This document shows, piece after piece, positions 17,594-28,069 of a DNA stretch of 64,000 nucleotides (position 1 is its first letter; every line of letters begins with the position of its first letter). The translations under genes and the position numbers were made by a program. The notes under the pieces are model-generated. The model was given only the letters and a program-made list of their open reading frames with translations. It did no database searches and was not told the origin of the DNA. The DNA comes from Vulcanimicrobiota bacterium (GTDB taxonomy: Bacteria; Vulcanimicrobiota; Xenobia; Xenobiales; JADMJV01): assembly GCA_050250895.1 (NCBI GenBank), contig JBFWNU010000001.1, positions 416,001 through 480,000 of the forward strand, given 5' to 3'.

Positions 17594-19400
17594 GCGGGTC
17601 CTCCCAGGTTCCGAGGGGAGGAAGGCGCTGCCAGCTGCGCATGACCGCGGGCGGGTCGAAGGGCACCTCGACCTTCTGCTGATAAGGCCCCGTCAGCTCG
17701 AGGCGTAGCTCGTGATCGCCGCCAGCGTCGGGAGTGGCCAGCCACAGTTGGACCGTCTTTCGTCCTTCCAGCAGGCCACCGGCCAGACTTTGAATCGGAA
17801 TAGGTCCGGTGGCCGGCTCGGCGCTCAGGCGAACTTCGCGAGCCCAGTCCAGGGCGAGCGGGAGCCCGGACGTATTCTCGAGTTCGATGGGCACCTTGAC
17901 CAGGCTGCGCGAAGGCAGCTTCTCGGTGAGCGACCAGTGGGCGCGCAGGCCCGCCAGTGCCGCCGGCAGATTGGAGTCGAAGGTCTGCCCCGCGGCCGTG
18001 TAGCGCCCCGGCGTGGCGGGCACCACCAGATACCGACTTTTGACCGGTTGGCCCCAGGGCTTGCCGTTTCGTTCGACCTGATAACCCGACTGGCCCAGAT
18101 CGACCAGTTGCCCCGGCGCGGGCGGACCGGTCATCGGCTCGGCCACCTGAACCGGCCCGCGAAAGAACACCGTGGCCTCGATCAACGAGGGATCGCCCAG
18201 ACGGCGGACCAGGGCCGGTCCGGGCAACAGTTCGGGCGAATCGGGATCGGCCCACCAGCCGTCCAGGGGACGGTCCGCCAGACAGGCCAGCACGGCTGCT
18301 GCCACCAGCGGCTCGTCAGCCTCGCCGGGGCTAAGCACCACCACCTCGCCCCGATGAGAAGCCAGCTGCTGGGCCAGCCTCAGGTCGTCGGGCCCCAGGC
18401 CCGCCAACTGGCCTCGGCCCTTGACCCACTCCTCGAGACTGATGGGCACGAACAGCGACCCGATAGGAATCTTTTTCTTCTGGGCGGCAACCAATAAACG
18501 ACGATTGAAAACCGACTCGGCCGGGCTCAATCCGAGGGCGCACAGCGTTACCACCACCACCGCCAACATGGCTCGATGGGGCAGAGCCAACTCGAGGCCC
18601 CTTTCCGACCAGACCAGGGCCGGCCTCACCGCCGGTGAAGCTTGCCAGCGTCTGGCTACCCACTCGCCGCCACAGACGCCCAGGCCCACGGCAGCCCCGA
18701 ATCCCGGCAGGCCTGCCAGCTGGCTACCTAGCTCGAGGCAGAGCCAGAGCCTGCCCTGGGAATGCAGGCGACTGAGCAAGAGCATCACCAGCACCGGCCC
18801 CAAACTGAACTCGGGGGCCGGCCAGCGACCGAGAAAGGCGGCCAGCAAAGCCACGCCCACCGCGGCTGCGGCCGGCCGCTCCCAGCGGCCATAGAGCACC
18901 AGTGCCAGCACCAGCGCCCAGCCCAGCGGCGGACTGACCAATAGCAGCAGGGCGGCCAGCCCAGGCACCGCCCAGGTCCATTCTTCGAGCCAGCTCAAAA
19001 GCGCCAGGGTGAAGAGCAGATGCCCCACGGCCAGGTTCAGGTCAGCGGTGAGCAACCAGGCTCCGGGACCCCAACAGAAGCCGAGACTGGCTCCCAGCCA
19101 ACCGGCCAGCCAGCCGCGCCGGCGGGTCAAACCCAGGAAGAGGCCGAGGAAGGCGGCGACCTGGGCCAGGCCGGTGGCCGCTTTGAACAGGCTGGCCGAG
19201 CCTCCCAGCCAGCCCATCAGACGGCTCGGCAAGGCCAGGTCGGGAGCGGCCTCGGGCCCGAGCGAGCAACCCAGAGCAAAGGGCAACTGGCGCACCAAAA
19301 AGTCATGCTCGAGTTCGACCTGCCAGTGGCCCACCGGGTAGAGCCAGGCGGCCAGGCTCATCACGACCAGCAACGGTATGAGGGCGGCGGGAACTCTCAC
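17574..19400 (-). CDS. Polytopic membrane protein, degenerate GT-C-like paralogue with C-terminal Ig-like domain
   Basis: 608 aa, multiple TM helices. ESVFNRRLLVAAQKKK matches EEVFNDEILIASQQQK of 31091..33238. GTGA overlap with 19397..22144. Confidence 0.7.
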   Translation of the reverse strand: MRVPAALIPLLVVMSLAAWLYPVGHWQVELEHDFLVRQLPFALGCSLGPEAAPDLALPSRLMGWLGGSASLFKAATGLAQVAAFLGLFLGLTRRRGWLAGWLGASLGFCWGPGAWLLTADLNLAVGHLLFTLALLSWLEEWTWAVPGLAALLLLVSPPLGWALVLALVLYGRWERPAAAAVGVALLAAFLGRWPAPEFSLGPVLVMLLLSRLHSQGRLWLCLELGSQLAGLPGFGAAVGLGVCGGEWVARRWQASPAVRPALVWSERGLELALPHRAMLAVVVVTLCALGLSPAESVFNRRLLVAAQKKKIPIGSLFVPISLEEWVKGRGQLAGLGPDDLRLAQQLASHRGEVVVLSPGEADEPLVAAAVLACLADRPLDGWWADPDSPELLPGPALVRRLGDPSLIEATVFFRGPVQVAEPMTGPPAPGQLVDLGQSGYQVERNGKPWGQPVKSRYLVVPATPGRYTAAGQTFDSNLPAALAGLRAHWSLTEKLPSRSLVKVPIELENTSGLPLALDWAREVRLSAEPATGPIPIQSLAGGLLEGRKTVQLWLATPDAGGDHELRLELTGPYQQKVEVPFDPPAVMRSWQRLPPLGTWEDPPISERP

Positions 19401-22144
19401 CTGACCTCCACCAGGCTGCCCGGCAGCAACTCGACTTCGCCCTGTTCGGGCGATAGATAAAGGCTATAAAACCAGCTACCCGCCTGCCGCGGCATCACGG
19501 CCGGCAACTCGAGGGGCCCGTTTACTAGTGGCAGTTTGCGCAGATGAATATCGGGCAGAAGGTCGTATTCGCGACGCTCAGGGTCAAAAGCGGCCAGGCT
19601 AGCCAGGACCGGCTGGCCCAGTTGAAAGCCGTCGGGATAGCTCAACTCCAGGCGTGGCACACTGAGATGGCTGGGTCGGGTCTGGTCGAACTGTAGAGTG
19701 GCGATTTTGACCTGGGCCAGCAGGCGAGCAAAATCGACCACCAGGGGACCGGTGTCGCTCGGGATCTCGAGGCTACGCGAGCCGTCGCAGTAGCCAAACA
19801 GCAGGTCATAGTCGCCGTCTTCGGGAGGAGCCACCAGGGCCAACGGCACTTCCAGGCTCTGGCCCGGCTGCAGCTTTTCTTTGAGAGGCACGGCCACCCA
19901 TTCCACGGGCACGCTCTCTTTGCCGGTGGACTGCAGGCGGGTGCGATAGAACAGGGACCCGTCCAGGGCAACCGCCTGAGTCCCCCGATTCTCGACCCGC
20001 GCCCGGCGCGGAAAAACCTGATTGGAGCGGGCGTGGGCCGGCAACTCGAGGCCGCCGAGAAAGAGCGACGAATCCCCGTCGGGCTCGACCAGTTCGACCG
20101 GAGGCAGCGAGAAGCGATAGACCAGCCGGCGCTCCGGGCCCAGCCTCTCTTCGTGGGCTAACTCGAGCCCTTCCACCCCCTCGAGATCGGGCACCTCTTC
20201 GGTGGGCCGCAGATAGACCCAGTCCACTCCCAGCAGGCGCAGGTAGTAGGGGTCGCGGGTGGCCCAGAAGGCCAGAGCCGGGGGAGCCATGTGATAAGGG
20301 GTGGTACCGATCTTCTCGTCGTCCAGCGGCAGGGCGTGACCGACGCACCGAATTCCCGACACTCCCGTCAGGGTCGACTCGAACAGGATGCTGAAGTTGT
20401 TCTCTTGCCGAAAATTGGTGAGCAAACGCTGGCCCGGGCGGGCTTTGGTCTCGAGCCAGTGGGCGGCCGCATAGTCGACCGGATCGAAATCGAGTATGGC
20501 GTGGCTCTCGAGCCAGGTTGGCGTGGACGGAAAGACCAGGGCCGCCCCCACCAGACCCTTGCTCCAGGCCTCGCTCAGACGGCTGCTCACCAGCGATAGA
20601 CAGGCCAGGCTGTTGAGAGCGCAAAGGCCAATCACCAGCAGAGCCGCCAGGCCTTTGGTGGTAAAGCGCAGCCGCAGCACGCCGGGCTCTTCGTCAAAAG
20701 TCCAATCCAGGCCCGGCCGAGCGTAGAGCTCTTCGAGCCAGGCGCCCAGAAAAAGGCCGAGCGCCCCGGTGAAGCCCAGGGCGGCGGCAAATTCCCAGCG
20801 ATAATACTCCGATTCGTAGATGGGCCCGAAGTCGACCAGGGCGGGCACCAGGTAGGCGATCAGGCCGAAAGCCCCCAGGAACAAGCCGGCCGGGTGACCC
20901 CGGCGCAGCAAAAAGACGGCCGAGAGCGGCATCAGATAAAGTGGCAGAAAATGGATGCGCAGCACATCCCAGCTCCAGATATAGCGATAGCCACGGTCGG
21001 GAGCCGGCTTGTAGAAGATCTTGAGCGGCGTGTCGAGACGATAGATATAGGCGCAACGCTGATACTCGCCGGTCTCGAGCAGAATCTGGAAGAGGTTTTC
21101 CTTGGGAACGGTCACCTTGACCACCTGGGCCTGATTCTGCATCCCCTTCGACAGCTGCTCGGGTTGCTGGTCTTGATGCCCGGCCAGGCGACGCTCGACG
21201 ATGTTGGTCAGCGGCCCCCCCTGGGTGGCCGCCAGGGGAAAGGCCAGACCCAGCATCAGAGCCACCAGAGCCAGCGAGCGTAAGGGGATGCGCTTGAGCG
21301 CCAAAAGGATCGGCGTGACCCCCACCAGGACCAGCACGCACACCCCGAAGTGGGTTTCGTAGACGATGGCGTAGCCCCCCAGCACCAGCCCGCCCACCAC
21401 CGCCGCCATGCGCGAACCCGACCACAGGCGCAAGGTCATATCGGCCACCAGGGCCAGATAGAGGTGCACGTAGGGGTTATTGTTCTGGAGGGTATCGATC
21501 AGACCGCCCCGCCCCCCGGCGTTGATACCGAAGTAGAGAAATCCGGCTCCCAAGACGGCCTGAAGTTCGCTGCCGGTAGCCCGGCGCAGGGAGGCGAAGA
21601 GCAGCAGGAAGGTGGCCATCTGCAACAGGGTGGTCATGACCATCTGCACTTTGAAGGTATCGTGGCCGGTCAGGTAGGCCACCGTCACCAGCGACAGATT
21701 GCGTCCATAGTGGCCGTTCATGGGAATGTCCGAAAAGAACGGGTTATAGGGAGGGAAGTTGCCGTGGAGCATCAGACCCTGAAGGGGCGAGTGAATCCAG
21801 AAATCATCATCCGGGCTACCGATCTGCTGGGCATTGCTGAACAGATAGATCAGCAGACAGACCGCGATCAGGAAGGCTTTCGTCGGACCGCCCAGAGGCA
21901 GAGGGGCCGTCTCGGGCGCGTTGACGAACCACAGGCCGAGGCAGGCCAGGGCCTGGAGCCCCAGGGTCCAGAAAACAGCCTGGTCGACCCCCGCAATCAG
22001 ATAGAAACCATTCACCCCCAGCAGCGTCAGCGCCACCGCCAGAGGAACGGTCAAAGCCCCGGCCGTGAGAGGATCGGCCTCGCCCAATCCGCGCCGGGCC
22101 AGCAGCCAGCCCAGCAGCAGGGGTATGACCAGTAGCACGGCCAT
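19397..22144 (-). CDS. GT-C-fold glycosyltransferase-like membrane protein (paralogue 1)
   Basis: Acidic loop PDDDFWIH..GNFPPYNPFF..GHYGR; YETH; DFGP..EYYRWEF; GHALP; C-terminal Ig-like domains. Confidence 0.75.
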   Translation of the reverse strand: MAVLLVIPLLLGWLLARRGLGEADPLTAGALTVPLAVALTLLGVNGFYLIAGVDQAVFWTLGLQALACLGLWFVNAPETAPLPLGGPTKAFLIAVCLLIYLFSNAQQIGSPDDDFWIHSPLQGLMLHGNFPPYNPFFSDIPMNGHYGRNLSLVTVAYLTGHDTFKVQMVMTTLLQMATFLLLFASLRRATGSELQAVLGAGFLYFGINAGGRGGLIDTLQNNNPYVHLYLALVADMTLRLWSGSRMAAVVGGLVLGGYAIVYETHFGVCVLVLVGVTPILLALKRIPLRSLALVALMLGLAFPLAATQGGPLTNIVERRLAGHQDQQPEQLSKGMQNQAQVVKVTVPKENLFQILLETGEYQRCAYIYRLDTPLKIFYKPAPDRGYRYIWSWDVLRIHFLPLYLMPLSAVFLLRRGHPAGLFLGAFGLIAYLVPALVDFGPIYESEYYRWEFAAALGFTGALGLFLGAWLEELYARPGLDWTFDEEPGVLRLRFTTKGLAALLVIGLCALNSLACLSLVSSRLSEAWSKGLVGAALVFPSTPTWLESHAILDFDPVDYAAAHWLETKARPGQRLLTNFRQENNFSILFESTLTGVSGIRCVGHALPLDDEKIGTTPYHMAPPALAFWATRDPYYLRLLGVDWVYLRPTEEVPDLEGVEGLELAHEERLGPERRLVYRFSLPPVELVEPDGDSSLFLGGLELPAHARSNQVFPRRARVENRGTQAVALDGSLFYRTRLQSTGKESVPVEWVAVPLKEKLQPGQSLEVPLALVAPPEDGDYDLLFGYCDGSRSLEIPSDTGPLVVDFARLLAQVKIATLQFDQTRPSHLSVPRLELSYPDGFQLGQPVLASLAAFDPERREYDLLPDIHLRKLPLVNGPLELPAVMPRQAGSWFYSLYLSPEQGEVELLPGSLVEVR

Positions 22145-22239
22145 GAGGCCCGGTGTTTCTGTGCGCTGGCCCCCTCTCCTGTGCGGCGCGGCGCGCGTGG
22201 CCGCAGGGATGGACTCTCGTCCGCAGAACAGCCGGCCCG

Positions 22240-24870
22240 ATGGAATCGGTGCTCGCCCTAGCTCTTGGCCTGGTGGTCCTGTGGATCACCGGCTTTCTGG
22301 CCGTGCGCCAGGGGCTGGGGATTACCGATCCCCTGGTAGCGCTAGGATTGCCGCTGCCGCTGGCTCTGCTGGTGCTGTTGGGCCTGGGCCACGGGCTGGC
22401 CCAACTGCTCGGCCAACCATTGGGCTGGACGCTGGCCAGCCTGGCGGTGGTGGCCCTGATGGGTTGGCTCTTCTCGCGCCGCAAGACGCTCGCGCCGCTC
22501 TCGGAGGTCGGATTCTCGCCCTTTGTGTGGGGGATTCTGATGACGGCCATGTCGGGGGCCTACTTCATCATGCACACCCGCGAGGTCAGCGGTCCCGAGG
22601 ATGACTACTGGGTCCACTTCCCCATCATCTCGCTGCTCGAGCGAGGCAACTTTCCACCGCCCAATCCCTTCTTCTACAACCTGGACCTGGGGGGGCACTT
22701 CGGCCGGGATTATCTGATCGCGATGCTGACCTGGCTGAGCGACGATATCATGCTGAGCACCTGGACCTTCAACCACCTGCTCTCGCTCAGCCTGTTCGTG
22801 CTGGCCTGCGGACTGGGCCGCCTTTATGGCCAGAGCACCGCCGCCGCCCTGTTCCTGCCGATGTTCTTGTTCTTCGGCATCAGCGTGGGCAGCCGGGTGG
22901 GAATGGTCGACACCTACGATAACAACAACCTGCTGGTGTATGCCCTGCTACTCGCTTTGTTGGTGGTCTTGATGCGGGCGGTCGAGGCCGGGACCTATCC
23001 CCCCTTCGTCGCACTGGGTCTGCTGCTCGGCATTTATGGCATCGTCTACGAGACCCACCTCATCCTGGTGCTCGGCTGCGTGGTCTTGTTCCCCTGGCAG
23101 CAACAGGGTCGAAAGCTGCTCGGCCCGAGCCTGGCCTGTTGCGCGCTGGCCCTGGGGCTGGCGGCCCTGCTGGGCGGACCCATCCAGGACCTGGCCCTGC
23201 GCGGGCTCGGCCTCGAGCGGCGCGACACCGTCACCCACGCCGACAGCTATCAGGCTCAAACCGTGCAGGTCCACTTTCCCAAAGAGAATTTTCTCCAGAT
23301 TTGCCTGGGACCGGACTCCTATCGCCGGCGCTCTTACGTCTACGAAGGCAAGCTCTTCTCGAATCTGCTGCCTCCGCTGCGAGACGAGGGCTACGACTAT
23401 GCCTACATCTTCGGGCCGCGCGTGCTCTTGATGCACTGGCTGGCTCTCTATCTCGGCTTTCCGGCGGGGTTCTACCTGTGGAAGCGGGGCCACCGGTTTG
23501 GCCTGCTGCTGTGGCTGTTCGCGGTGCTGGCTTATCTGGCTCCGGCGGTGGTCGATTTCGGGCCGGTCCACGAGAAGGAGTACTTCCGCTGGGAGTTTGC
23601 CGCCGCCTTTGGCTTCGCCGGCGCTCTGGCCCTGGCCCTGGCCGACCTCTTCGAGCGAGCCCCGGCACGCTGGCAAAAGGCCTTGCTGATCCTGTTGGCG
23701 GGCCTGGTCATGCTGGGCGGCGAGCGACGCCTCAACAAGACCTTCATCGAGGCCGAGAAGGCTTCGCCGCGCCTGGCCCAGCTTTATGCCAGCCCGTTCT
23801 ATCCATCCAGCCAGCGCTGGTTCGTCGAGACCGAGGTCTTCAACTTAAGCCCCGACGATGTGGCGGTGGCCCGCTGGCTGGGCGCCAACTCGCGCCCCGA
23901 AGACCGGATGCTGGTCAACCTCGACCCCCGGGCCCACTGGGACATCTTCGCCGAGTCGACCATCGCCGGTTTGGCCGGAATGCGCTCCATCGGCCACCAG
24001 TCACCACCGCCCTGGATGCCCGACGGCATCGCTCCCTTCTTTCGCACCGCCAACCCCACCGTCTTCTGGCAAGAACTCGACGCCCGCGCCCTGCCGGCCA
24101 GCGGGGCCACCTGGCTGTTCTGCCGGCTCGACGGCGACCTGGGCGAGCGATTGGCCACCATCCCCGGCCTGGTCGAGGCCCACCGCTCGGGCCAGGTGGC
24201 AGCCTATCGCTACACCCCCCCCGGGGGCGCCAGCCCGGCCCAAGACCTGAGTTTGCAAGAACTGGCCCTGCCCGACCCGGCCCGCCTGCAGAGCGAAGTG
24301 GCCTATTCCACCCCGGTGAGACTGCGCAACGACGGCTCCCAAAAGCTCGAGTGGCGAGGCTACCTCAGTCTGCGCCAGCTCCCCCTGGAAGGCACCGACC
24401 CCGGCGGGACCATCGAACCATTGGCCCTGTGGGTCGACCTCGAACTCGAGCCTGGCCAGGAGAAAACCGTCGACCACTGGCTGGTGCCCCCCCTGGTGGA
24501 GGGCGGCTACCGGGTCGAAGTGTTGGCCGACGGCGTTCCCCTGGGAGAACGAGAGTACCGCTACTCGTTTCTCGACCAGGGCGCCCAGGTGAGCCTGGCC
24601 GCCGTCGAGCGTGACCGGTTTCGGCTCGAGCCCGACGGCTTCAAGGTCGAGGGGCCGCTGCGGGTGGGCTGGCGCCTGTACGACCTCGAGGAGCGGCGCT
24701 ACCCTACCCCCTTCGGGTTTGTGGGCACGACCGTCTGGGATGGAGGCGCAGAATGGCTGCCTTACCAGGCTGTCGAGGATGCTCCGGCGAATCGTTATCG
24801 TCTGGACTTTTTTCTGGTCTCGCGAAGTGGCCGTGAGGTCCACCTCAAAGACGAAAGGACCAAGGGATGA
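22240..24870 (+). CDS. GT-C-fold glycosyltransferase-like membrane protein (paralogue 2)
   Basis: Likely start ATG 22240. PEDDYWVH..GNFPPPNPFF..GHFGRD; YETH; DFGP..EYFRWEF; GHQSP. Divergent from paralogue 1. Confidence 0.75.
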   Translation: MESVLALALGLVVLWITGFLAVRQGLGITDPLVALGLPLPLALLVLLGLGHGLAQLLGQPLGWTLASLAVVALMGWLFSRRKTLAPLSEVGFSPFVWGILMTAMSGAYFIMHTREVSGPEDDYWVHFPIISLLERGNFPPPNPFFYNLDLGGHFGRDYLIAMLTWLSDDIMLSTWTFNHLLSLSLFVLACGLGRLYGQSTAAALFLPMFLFFGISVGSRVGMVDTYDNNNLLVYALLLALLVVLMRAVEAGTYPPFVALGLLLGIYGIVYETHLILVLGCVVLFPWQQQGRKLLGPSLACCALALGLAALLGGPIQDLALRGLGLERRDTVTHADSYQAQTVQVHFPKENFLQICLGPDSYRRRSYVYEGKLFSNLLPPLRDEGYDYAYIFGPRVLLMHWLALYLGFPAGFYLWKRGHRFGLLLWLFAVLAYLAPAVVDFGPVHEKEYFRWEFAAAFGFAGALALALADLFERAPARWQKALLILLAGLVMLGGERRLNKTFIEAEKASPRLAQLYASPFYPSSQRWFVETEVFNLSPDDVAVARWLGANSRPEDRMLVNLDPRAHWDIFAESTIAGLAGMRSIGHQSPPPWMPDGIAPFFRTANPTVFWQELDARALPASGATWLFCRLDGDLGERLATIPGLVEAHRSGQVAAYRYTPPGGASPAQDLSLQELALPDPARLQSEVAYSTPVRLRNDGSQKLEWRGYLSLRQLPLEGTDPGGTIEPLALWVDLELEPGQEKTVDHWLVPPLVEGGYRVEVLADGVPLGEREYRYSFLDQGAQVSLAAVERDRFRLEPDGFKVEGPLRVGWRLYDLEERRYPTPFGFVGTTVWDGGAEWLPYQAVEDAPANRYRLDFFLVSRSGREVHLKDERTKG

Positions 24871-25838
24871 AGAAGGAATGGTGGTGGGCGCTGGGGGCCG
24901 GGGCAGCCGCATTTGGCTCGGCCTATTGGTTTCTTAGCCGCTATCCCACCGAACAACGGTTGCGCTCTGAAGCCGAAGAGCTACTCGAGCGTGGCCATCG
25001 CTTCGTCGAAGACGGGGACCTGACCCGCGCTTTGAGGGTCGGTGAGCGCCTGCTGGCTCGCCGCTACACCGGGGGTTACGAATTGGTGGCCCGGGTCTTC
25101 TTCGAGCGTGGCCGCCTGGCCGAGGCCATCGAAGTGCTGGGCAAAGGGGTGGCTCAGGCCCCCTCGGTGTGGGTCTTGTGGAGCCAGCTTGGCTATTGCC
25201 TTTCGGAAGACGGCCGCCACGAACAGGCGCTGGAGGCCTTCGAGCGGGCGCGCAGTTGCGACTCGGAAGAGATGTCGATCGCGGTCAACGAGGCGCTGGT
25301 CTATTTGCGCACCCACGAGTGGGAAAAGGCTCTTGAGCGGGCCGAGTCGGTGTTGGCCGACCCTGAGTCCGAGAATCTTCATCCGGCGGCCAAATTGCAT
25401 CGCTTCTCGGCCATGGCCATGGGAGGACGCTCGGAAGACGCGATGGCCGAAATCGAGTCGGCCGACCTGACGGACGCCGAATTGGCCAACGCCCTGGCGG
25501 CCGTTGCCTACGGACACCCCGACGACGATGTCACCGGAGCGCTGGCCCGGCGGGCCTACGCTCTGGACCCCACCAATCCGCGAGTGCTCTTGATCCTGCG
25601 CGAGCTGCGCAACGAGCGCAGCCCCGATACCTCTCTCTATCGTCTCGACAGCCCCCGGCGCATGACCTTCGTCAACGCGGTCGACGAAGAGCAAGCGCGC
25701 ATTCTGCTAGAAGAACTGGAAGGGCCGTTGATCGAGGTCGAAAAAATCACCCATATCAAGGCCGTTCCCGAGCAGTTGATCGGACTGCTCGAAGTGTTCG
25801 TGCGGCGGGATTCTGACGACGGTGACGAGAACGACTGA
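24867..25838 (+). CDS. Membrane-anchored TPR-repeat protein
   Basis: N-terminal TM; TPR patterns (GRLAEAIEVLGKGVAQAP, WSQLGYCLSEDGRHEQALEAFERA, ARRAYALDPTNP); ATGA overlap. Confidence 0.8.
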   Translation: MKKEWWWALGAGAAAFGSAYWFLSRYPTEQRLRSEAEELLERGHRFVEDGDLTRALRVGERLLARRYTGGYELVARVFFERGRLAEAIEVLGKGVAQAPSVWVLWSQLGYCLSEDGRHEQALEAFERARSCDSEEMSIAVNEALVYLRTHEWEKALERAESVLADPESENLHPAAKLHRFSAMAMGGRSEDAMAEIESADLTDAELANALAAVAYGHPDDDVTGALARRAYALDPTNPRVLLILRELRNERSPDTSLYRLDSPRRMTFVNAVDEEQARILLEELEGPLIEVEKITHIKAVPEQLIGLLEVFVRRDSDDGDEND

Positions 25839-25840
25839 AG

Positions 25841-26764
25841 ATGGCCGATAAGCCCGAGCGACCGAAATTCAAGCGCCGTGCATTAGGCCGTTCCCTGTCC
25901 AAGAGAAAACTTGGCAAAAAGGACGAGGAAGGCGAAGAATCTGGCGGCGAAGAGGCCGCTGGCGACGAATCATCCGACGATTCTCCGGCCAGTGTCGAAT
26001 CCGATGACGAGAACGACCCGACAGCGCCCCTACCGATAGCCACCAGTCCCATCCCGCCAGCTCCCACCTCGACGCCTCCGGGGGCGCCCCAGCCATCTTT
26101 CGACGAGCGCATGGTCAAGTTGCGCTCGGGAGCATCCTGGTTTACCCGCGAGTTCGGAGCCTTCCTGGTAGGGCTGGGCCGCTCGGCCTCGTCGCGCGGC
26201 AAGGAATTTGGCGACAACGTGGTGCGCCCGTTTTCGAGCGCCTTGCTTGAAGCCGTCATCGCTCTGGTCTTGCTCGCCTTTACCCTGCTGCTCGGGATCT
26301 CGCTGGGTCGGGGCCTGCACCCGGTGCTCAAGACCAGCACCGACGCCACTACCCCCAACTCGACAGCTCCGCCGCGCGGGCGCGGCCACCCCTTTCCGGT
26401 CGCCAGCCGCACCACCCGACCCAGCTTCAAGCCGCTGCCCGAACGCAACAAGTCCGAGGGAGCCAAGCAAGCACTGACTACTTTTCTCGAGGCTATCAAC
26501 CAGGGCGACCACCAGAGCGCCTACAGCCAGCTCTCGCCCGGTTGGCAGAAAGAACTGACCTTCGAGAGCTTCTCGAAGGGCTACGCCTCGGCCCGCGACC
26601 TTCGCTATACCATCGAAGAAGCCGTCCCTCTGGGAAGCGACCGGGTTCAGCTCGAGGTGGTTCTGGCCGTACAAGAAGGGGCCAACACCCGCAAATACGC
26701 CGGCACCTACATTGCCCTCAAGACGGATGACGGCTGGAAGCTCGATAGCGGAAGCCTGCGGTGA
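25841..26764 (+). CDS. Single-pass membrane protein: acidic/Pro-rich N-terminus, NTF2-like C-terminal domain
   Basis: EEGEESGGEE tract; TM AVIALVLLAFTLLLGISLG; FLEAINQGDHQSAYSQLS...GWKLD. Confidence 0.7.
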   Translation: MADKPERPKFKRRALGRSLSKRKLGKKDEEGEESGGEEAAGDESSDDSPASVESDDENDPTAPLPIATSPIPPAPTSTPPGAPQPSFDERMVKLRSGASWFTREFGAFLVGLGRSASSRGKEFGDNVVRPFSSALLEAVIALVLLAFTLLLGISLGRGLHPVLKTSTDATTPNSTAPPRGRGHPFPVASRTTRPSFKPLPERNKSEGAKQALTTFLEAINQGDHQSAYSQLSPGWQKELTFESFSKGYASARDLRYTIEEAVPLGSDRVQLEVVLAVQEGANTRKYAGTYIALKTDDGWKLDSGSLR

Positions 26765-27564
26765 ATCAAAACCTGGAGGGCAGCATCCATGTGGCCGGGG
26801 CCAGCCTTCCTGGGGCGCGGGAATACAACGACGACCACTTTTGCATCGCCGACAAGATCGGCCAGGAGCAGACCCTGACGGTGCGCGTGGATCGGGCTTC
26901 GGCCTGGTTCGAGCGCATGGGGCTGCTGGTAGCCGTGGCCGACGGAATGGGCAGCTATCAGGGGGGCTCCCTGGCGAGCCGCACCGCCCTCGAGACCCTG
27001 ATCGGCGTCTTCTATCGCCTGCCCGAGGGCAGCCTTCGTTCCCGCGTCGAACTGTCGCTCGAAGCCAGCCTGCAACGCCTTCAGGCGACGCTGCGCCTGG
27101 AGAAGAAGCGCAAGGCCGGCACCACCCTGGCCGGCTTTGCGGCCCAGCCGCCCGACCAGTTGATCCTCTTTCATATCGGGGATAGCGGCGTGGTCCGCCT
27201 GCGCGGCGACCGGATGTCGCGGCTGACGGTCGACCACACCCCCATCGGACGCCCCCTGGCCGAGGGCAAGATGACCCTCAAGGAAGCCGTGACACGAAAG
27301 GACGCCCACCAGCTCACCCGCTCGATGGGCCTGATTGGCGACACCCGCGTCGAGATTCGCGACCTCGACTACGCTCCCGGCGACTATTACCTACTGATGA
27401 CCGACGGCGTCTGCAGTCCCGGCCGAGGCCTCTCCCCCGGCATGCTCAAACGCTATGTCTCCAGTAACGGCTTCACTCCCGAAGCCCTGCTCGGCCCGAT
27501 GCTCAAGAAGGCGACCGCCAACGACGGCGACAATGCCACCCTGGTGCTGGTTCAGTTCGACTAG
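26761..27564 (+). CDS. PP2C-family Ser/Thr protein phosphatase
   Basis: REYNDD, VAVADGMG, GTT, HIGDS, LTVDH, LTRSMG, LMTDGV, DNAT. Confidence 0.92.
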   Translation: MNQNLEGSIHVAGASLPGAREYNDDHFCIADKIGQEQTLTVRVDRASAWFERMGLLVAVADGMGSYQGGSLASRTALETLIGVFYRLPEGSLRSRVELSLEASLQRLQATLRLEKKRKAGTTLAGFAAQPPDQLILFHIGDSGVVRLRGDRMSRLTVDHTPIGRPLAEGKMTLKEAVTRKDAHQLTRSMGLIGDTRVEIRDLDYAPGDYYLLMTDGVCSPGRGLSPGMLKRYVSSNGFTPEALLGPMLKKATANDGDNATLVLVQFD

Positions 27565-27573
27565 GGCGAGGTT

Positions 27574-27593
27574 GCAACTGGGAAGCAACTGGG
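27574..27593 (+). promoter_or_regulatory. GCAACTGGG direct repeat with 11 bp period upstream of the CBS gene
   Basis: Identical 9-mers at 27574-27582 and 27585-27593 in the intergenic gap. Confidence 0.35.
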
Positions 27594-27634
27594 GGAGCCT
27601 AGACTGGGCCTACTTAGACAAAGGGGGCAATATC

Positions 27635-28069
27635 ATGCTCAAAACAGTATCATTACACGAAATGCTTCAGGGGCGACCGGTGGTCAGCACACCGGCGGGC
27701 ACCACCGTGGCCGAGGCTGCGAAGTTGATGTCGGCTGCCAACAAGGGAGCCATTCTGGTAACCGAGCACGGCAAGCTGGCCGGGATCTTTACCGAGCGGG
27801 ACCTGCTGCGGCGGGTGGCTGCCGAGGGACGGGATCCCGGTGAGGTCAAAGTCGACGAGGTCATGACCACCCAGCTGGTGGTCGGTGAACCCGGCGACTC
27901 TTACCTGACCGCCTTGCGTCGCATGGTCTCGGCCAGCTGCCGGCATTTGCCGGTGGTCGACGGTGACCGGGTGGTCGGAATGGTTTCGCGACGCGACCTG
28001 ATGGCGGTGGACATCCGCCAGTTGGAAGAAGAGATCGCTCGTCACGACCCTTCCACCCTGTTCATCTAG
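27635..28069 (+). CDS. CBS-domain pair protein
   Basis: ATG 27635 after AAGGGGG. TVAEAAKLM, GIFTERDLLRRV, HLPVVD..VVGMVSRRDL. Confidence 0.92.
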   Translation: MLKTVSLHEMLQGRPVVSTPAGTTVAEAAKLMSAANKGAILVTEHGKLAGIFTERDLLRRVAAEGRDPGEVKVDEVMTTQLVVGEPGDSYLTALRRMVSASCRHLPVVDGDRVVGMVSRRDLMAVDIRQLEEEIARHDPSTLFI

